Shown: positions 60,525 to 64,000 of the stretch, piece after piece
How the letters are laid out: every line of letters begins with the position of its first letter
Position numbering within the stretch: the first letter of the stretch is position 1
Assembly: GCA_002269645.1 (NCBI GenBank)
Contig: NIVC01000040.1
Location: 744,001 to 808,000, forward strand
Direction: 5' to 3'
DNA: 64,000 nucleotides
Origin: Macrostomum lignano
Lineage: Eukaryota
Translations under genes and position numbers: made by a program
Notes under the pieces: model-generated
Database searches by the model: none
Seen by the model: only the letters and a program-made list of their open reading frames with translations
What the model was told of the DNA's origin: nothing

Positions 60525-62257
60525 CTAATATACGTCGTTACAGAAGTCGGTTTTGCAGCGAATGCAACTGGAAAAAGTGCAGGTTGGACATTTCGGCTCG
60601 CAGTCGCCGCAGCCAGCGCTGACTGTCTGAAAAAGAATTAAAATTTCGAAATTTGTAGCATTCTATTGTACTACTTGTAGTAAAAATGCTAGAAACTTAT
60701 CTTTATACTGTATAATCATTTTTGTAGCTGATTTTATACATGTACCAAAGATAAGAGAAGTGAGACAGAGAGACAGAGAGATGCCCATTAGAGAGACACA
60801 GATACCCTTTAGAGAGACACAAAGATAATTCAATAGAGAGACGGAGATGCCCATTTGGGAGATAGAGGGATATGCATTAGAGAGACCATACCCATTAGGG
60901 AGACAGAGATACCCATTAGAAAGACAGAGATACCCATTAGAGAGACAGAGAGATACCCATTGGGGAGAGATACTCATTTGGGAGACAGAGAGATACCCAT
61001 TAGAGAGACAGAGATACCTATTAGAAAGACAGAGAGACCCATTAGAGAGACAGAGATACCTATTAGAAAGACAGAGAGACCCATTAGATAGACAGAGAAA
61101 TACCCATTAGAGAGGCGCTCTATCTAATGTTAGATTACCCAGCCTTCAATCGTCAGATCAGTACAAAACCCCTGCAGAAGAAGGAGTGCTGTTTTAGCAG
61201 AACAAATTTCCTGCTAGGGGAAATTGCTCACAGAGTAGTGCTCCTTCTTGGGATCGAAGAATTGTCCAGAATTCGAATTCGAGGTATGGGTGTAGGTCAC
61301 CTCTACTTTAACGTGGCATTCAAAAAATTTCCTGTGACATTCGCCGCGTATAGGCATGGCAGAGGTTGGCCAAATACCCTGCCGCTTGTAATAGACGCAT
61401 TTTATCGCCTTGGTCGGCTGCTCTGCGGGCGCGGGTTCGAGTTCCAGTTTCCTCTTCACTACACTCTACTCCTCCTAACTACACTCTGCTCATCCCAACT
61501 ACACTCTACTCCTCCCAACTACACTCTACTCCTCCCAACTACACTCTACTCCTCCCAACTACACTCTACTCCTCTCAACTACACTCTACTCCTCCCAACT
61601 ACACTCTACTCCTCCTAACTACATTCTACTCCTCCCAACTACACTCTACTCCTCTCAACTACACTCTACTCATCCTAACTACATTCTACTCCTCCCAACA
61701 CACTCTACTTCTCCCAACTACACTCTACTCCCAGCTACACTCTACTCCTCCTAACTACACCCTACTCTTCTCAACTACATTCTACTCCTCCCAACTGCAC
61801 CCTTACTTTCCTCTCAACTACACTCTACTCCTCCCAACTACACTCGACTCCTCCCAACTACACTCTACTCCTCCCAACTACACTCTACTCCTCCTAACTA
61901 CATTCTACTCCTCCCAACTACACTCTACTCCTCTCAACTACACTCTACTCATCCTAACTACATTCTACTCCTCCTAACTACATTCTACTCCTCTCAACTA
62001 CACTCTACTCCTCTTAACTACACTCTACTCCCCCCAGCTACACTCTACTCCTCTCAACTACACTCTACTCCCCCCAGCTACACTCTACTCCTCTTAACTA
62101 CACTCTACTCCTCCCAACTGCACCCTTACTTTCCTCTCAACTACACTCTACTACTCTCAACTATATTTTACTCAAAGCAACTTTAATAATATACACACTT
62201 ACGATTGAACAGTAAAAAAAATACAGTTATCAAAACCGTGAACGCTGGTCTGGGCAT
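60525..62257 (-). CDS. Small secreted cysteine-rich three-finger (LU/Ly6-like) protein
   Basis: join(complement 62203-62257, 61232-61422, optional 61139-61171, 60525-60626), phase-consistent GT-AG. MPRPAFTVLITVFFLLFNQQPTKA|IKCVYY..GECHRKFFECHVKVEV..HYS[GFCTDLTIEGW]TVSAGCGDCEPKCPTCTFSSCIRCKTDFCNDVY*. Confidence 0.72.
60770..61110. repeat. ~21-bp minisatellite (gagagacagagatacccatta)
   Basis: Intronic in the three-finger gene. Confidence 0.88.
61460..62165. repeat. ~20-bp minisatellite (acactctactcctcccaact)
   Basis: Intron 1 of the three-finger gene. Confidence 0.92.
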
Positions 62258-63776
62258 CTGTTGCCAATTAGCTTCTTTTATTAGGCAAAATTGTCTTCTT
62301 CCACCCAAGTCAAGATGAAAAGAGCCTTTTCGCTTTGTTGGTACAAGCTGTATATTAACAGCAAAAATGTTAATATTGAGATTTTTTAGACATTTAGACA
62401 ATTAGTGTTTTGCAATATTCTATGGTTAAAACCAAAGTGCTTTATTTTTATCACATCGTATCCTTGGTGCTGGCGCCCCTTGGTGCTGGCGCCCCTTGAT
62501 TAATATCTTTGATTAATATTGCATTGCACGACAGGAGTATAATATATATTCAGCCTAGTGACAGTAAGTAAGGGATAATTGCTACGTCGAATCCCCGATA
62601 ATTAGAAGTTTTTGTAACTATCATTTTTTACGAATCGGTGATTTTTTATGTACTTTTCACATGACCGAAGCCAAAAGTTAGTCAGTCAGACAGTCACTGG
62701 CACTGCTCAGCAACTTCCTGACAAGGGAGCTTGGAGCTTGGAGCATTGTGCAGAGCATGCCAGAGGAAACCCTAATTACATGGTCGAAAAGAACGCTCCC
62801 TGTCTTGCCCTAACCACGACTAATTCTAAAGTTAGCGAAACAAATATAGAAACGACTGTATACTGCATTAATCGAATTATAAACATTGCGCTTATATCTC
62901 GCAAAGAGAGTTTCCAAAATTTCTGGCGGCACAGCACAAGACAAGGCAATAATAGTCATGGCAAGCAGCAAAAGGAAAAAGGCACCCTTGGGCTGTGGCC
63001 TAGATGCCTCTTTGGATTGGACCGAGGGCCCGAATCGTGCGCGTGTGCCGTGCGTTTTCTGTCTGTGAGGAGAGGACGGGAGAGGAGGAAAGGAAAAAAA
63101 CTGGGCCGCCTGGCTGCCAGTCAACCCACGGCCCAAGCTTTACTTCAGGTTCAACTGTTCAGGGAGCAGAACACAATCCAGTCGGCAAAGCCTGTCCAAA
63201 AATATTGTGTTGTGCAAAAGTTAAAACTCTCCACCTCCTCTCCCTCTCCCCTCAGCATGGATTGGATTGAAACCGGCGCTACCCTGGCGCGTATGTACAT
63301 TCTAGCGGTGGGGAATCACGTGATCAAATTGTACACTAATCCATTGTACAGTGTCAGATAGAGTTTGGAAAAGGGAGAGAGGGAAAGAGAGAAAAGAGGG
63401 GGTGGCGGGGCGCAGTGCTAGCAGGCAACATACACATAACAGATTCTACTTGCCCTTAGTCCACTATCTCACACACGAACACTCCGCCTGCTGACTGAAT
63501 ATATTTTGGCACTGCATTTAAAACACAGAAACTCTTAAATTCATTGGGCTGGCAAAGAAGGCCGCCCCTCGGGCAAGATATAATAAATAAAGCGCTTTAC
63601 TTTTTCAAAGCACATCAAACGAAGTTCTGTGCATTTGTCTGCTTACTCTTGTGCTTAGACAAATTTTCGACTAGTAAGACTGAAGGAAACGAGAACAGCA
63701 CTGAAGATTGAAGTTTTAACAATTCTGTCGTTGACTTTAGACATATAGCTTTATTTTAATATTATTAATTATTACA

Positions 63777-64000
63777 ATGACGCTAGCAACAACTTGTCGT
63801 CGACTGCTGACTCCGGCGGCAACCGCCTTGCGTCGATACTATTCGCCAATTTCTGATTCGCCTCGCAATCGAGTGGCTATTCTGGGCGCCTGCGGCGGCC
63901 TCGGCCAGCCATTGTCACTAATAATGAAGCGCTCGGAATATATTGCCGAATTGGCGCTATACGACAAATTGGACACCGCCGGCTTGTGCGCCGATCTTAG
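63777..64000 (+). CDS. MDH2: Mitochondrial malate dehydrogenase-like, 5' partial
   Basis: MTLATTCRRLLTPAATALRRYYS (presequence-like), then RVAILGACGGLGQPLSLIMK..LALYD..AGLCADL; runs off the window. Confidence 0.85.
   Translation, partial: MTLATTCRRLLTPAATALRRYYSPISDSPRNRVAILGACGGLGQPLSLIMKRSEYIAELALYDKLDTAGLCADL

Noticed and set aside
62648-63361. 237-aa ORF upstream of MDH
   Set aside because: No motifs, patchy composition and overlapping equally weak frames.

Overview
Eukaryotic (metazoan) genomic DNA: GC-rich exons and GT-AG introns packed with minisatellites. The style suggests a free-living flatworm such as Macrostomum; this is inference only. Spliced genes reconstructed by hand: SPATA4-like (+, 5 exons), 14-3-3 epsilon (-, 3 exons), UBE2H (-, 6 exons), paxillin (+, 9 exons), a small secreted Cys-rich three-finger/LU-like protein (-, 3-4 exons, absent from the ORF track) and the start of a mitochondrial malate dehydrogenase (+). 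Intronless genes: a divergent PP1-like phosphatase and an orphan type I membrane protein. Mobile DNA: a palindromic Penelope-like element with two hammerhead ribozymes, a third hammerhead from another family, an internally deleted Ty3/gypsy element, three non-LTR insertions, a solo LTR, two tRNA-derived SINEs and several MITEs, including a family with 6-bp target duplications. More than 20 distinct tandem arrays are present. All coordinates were read by eye and no database search was run; array limits are approximate.
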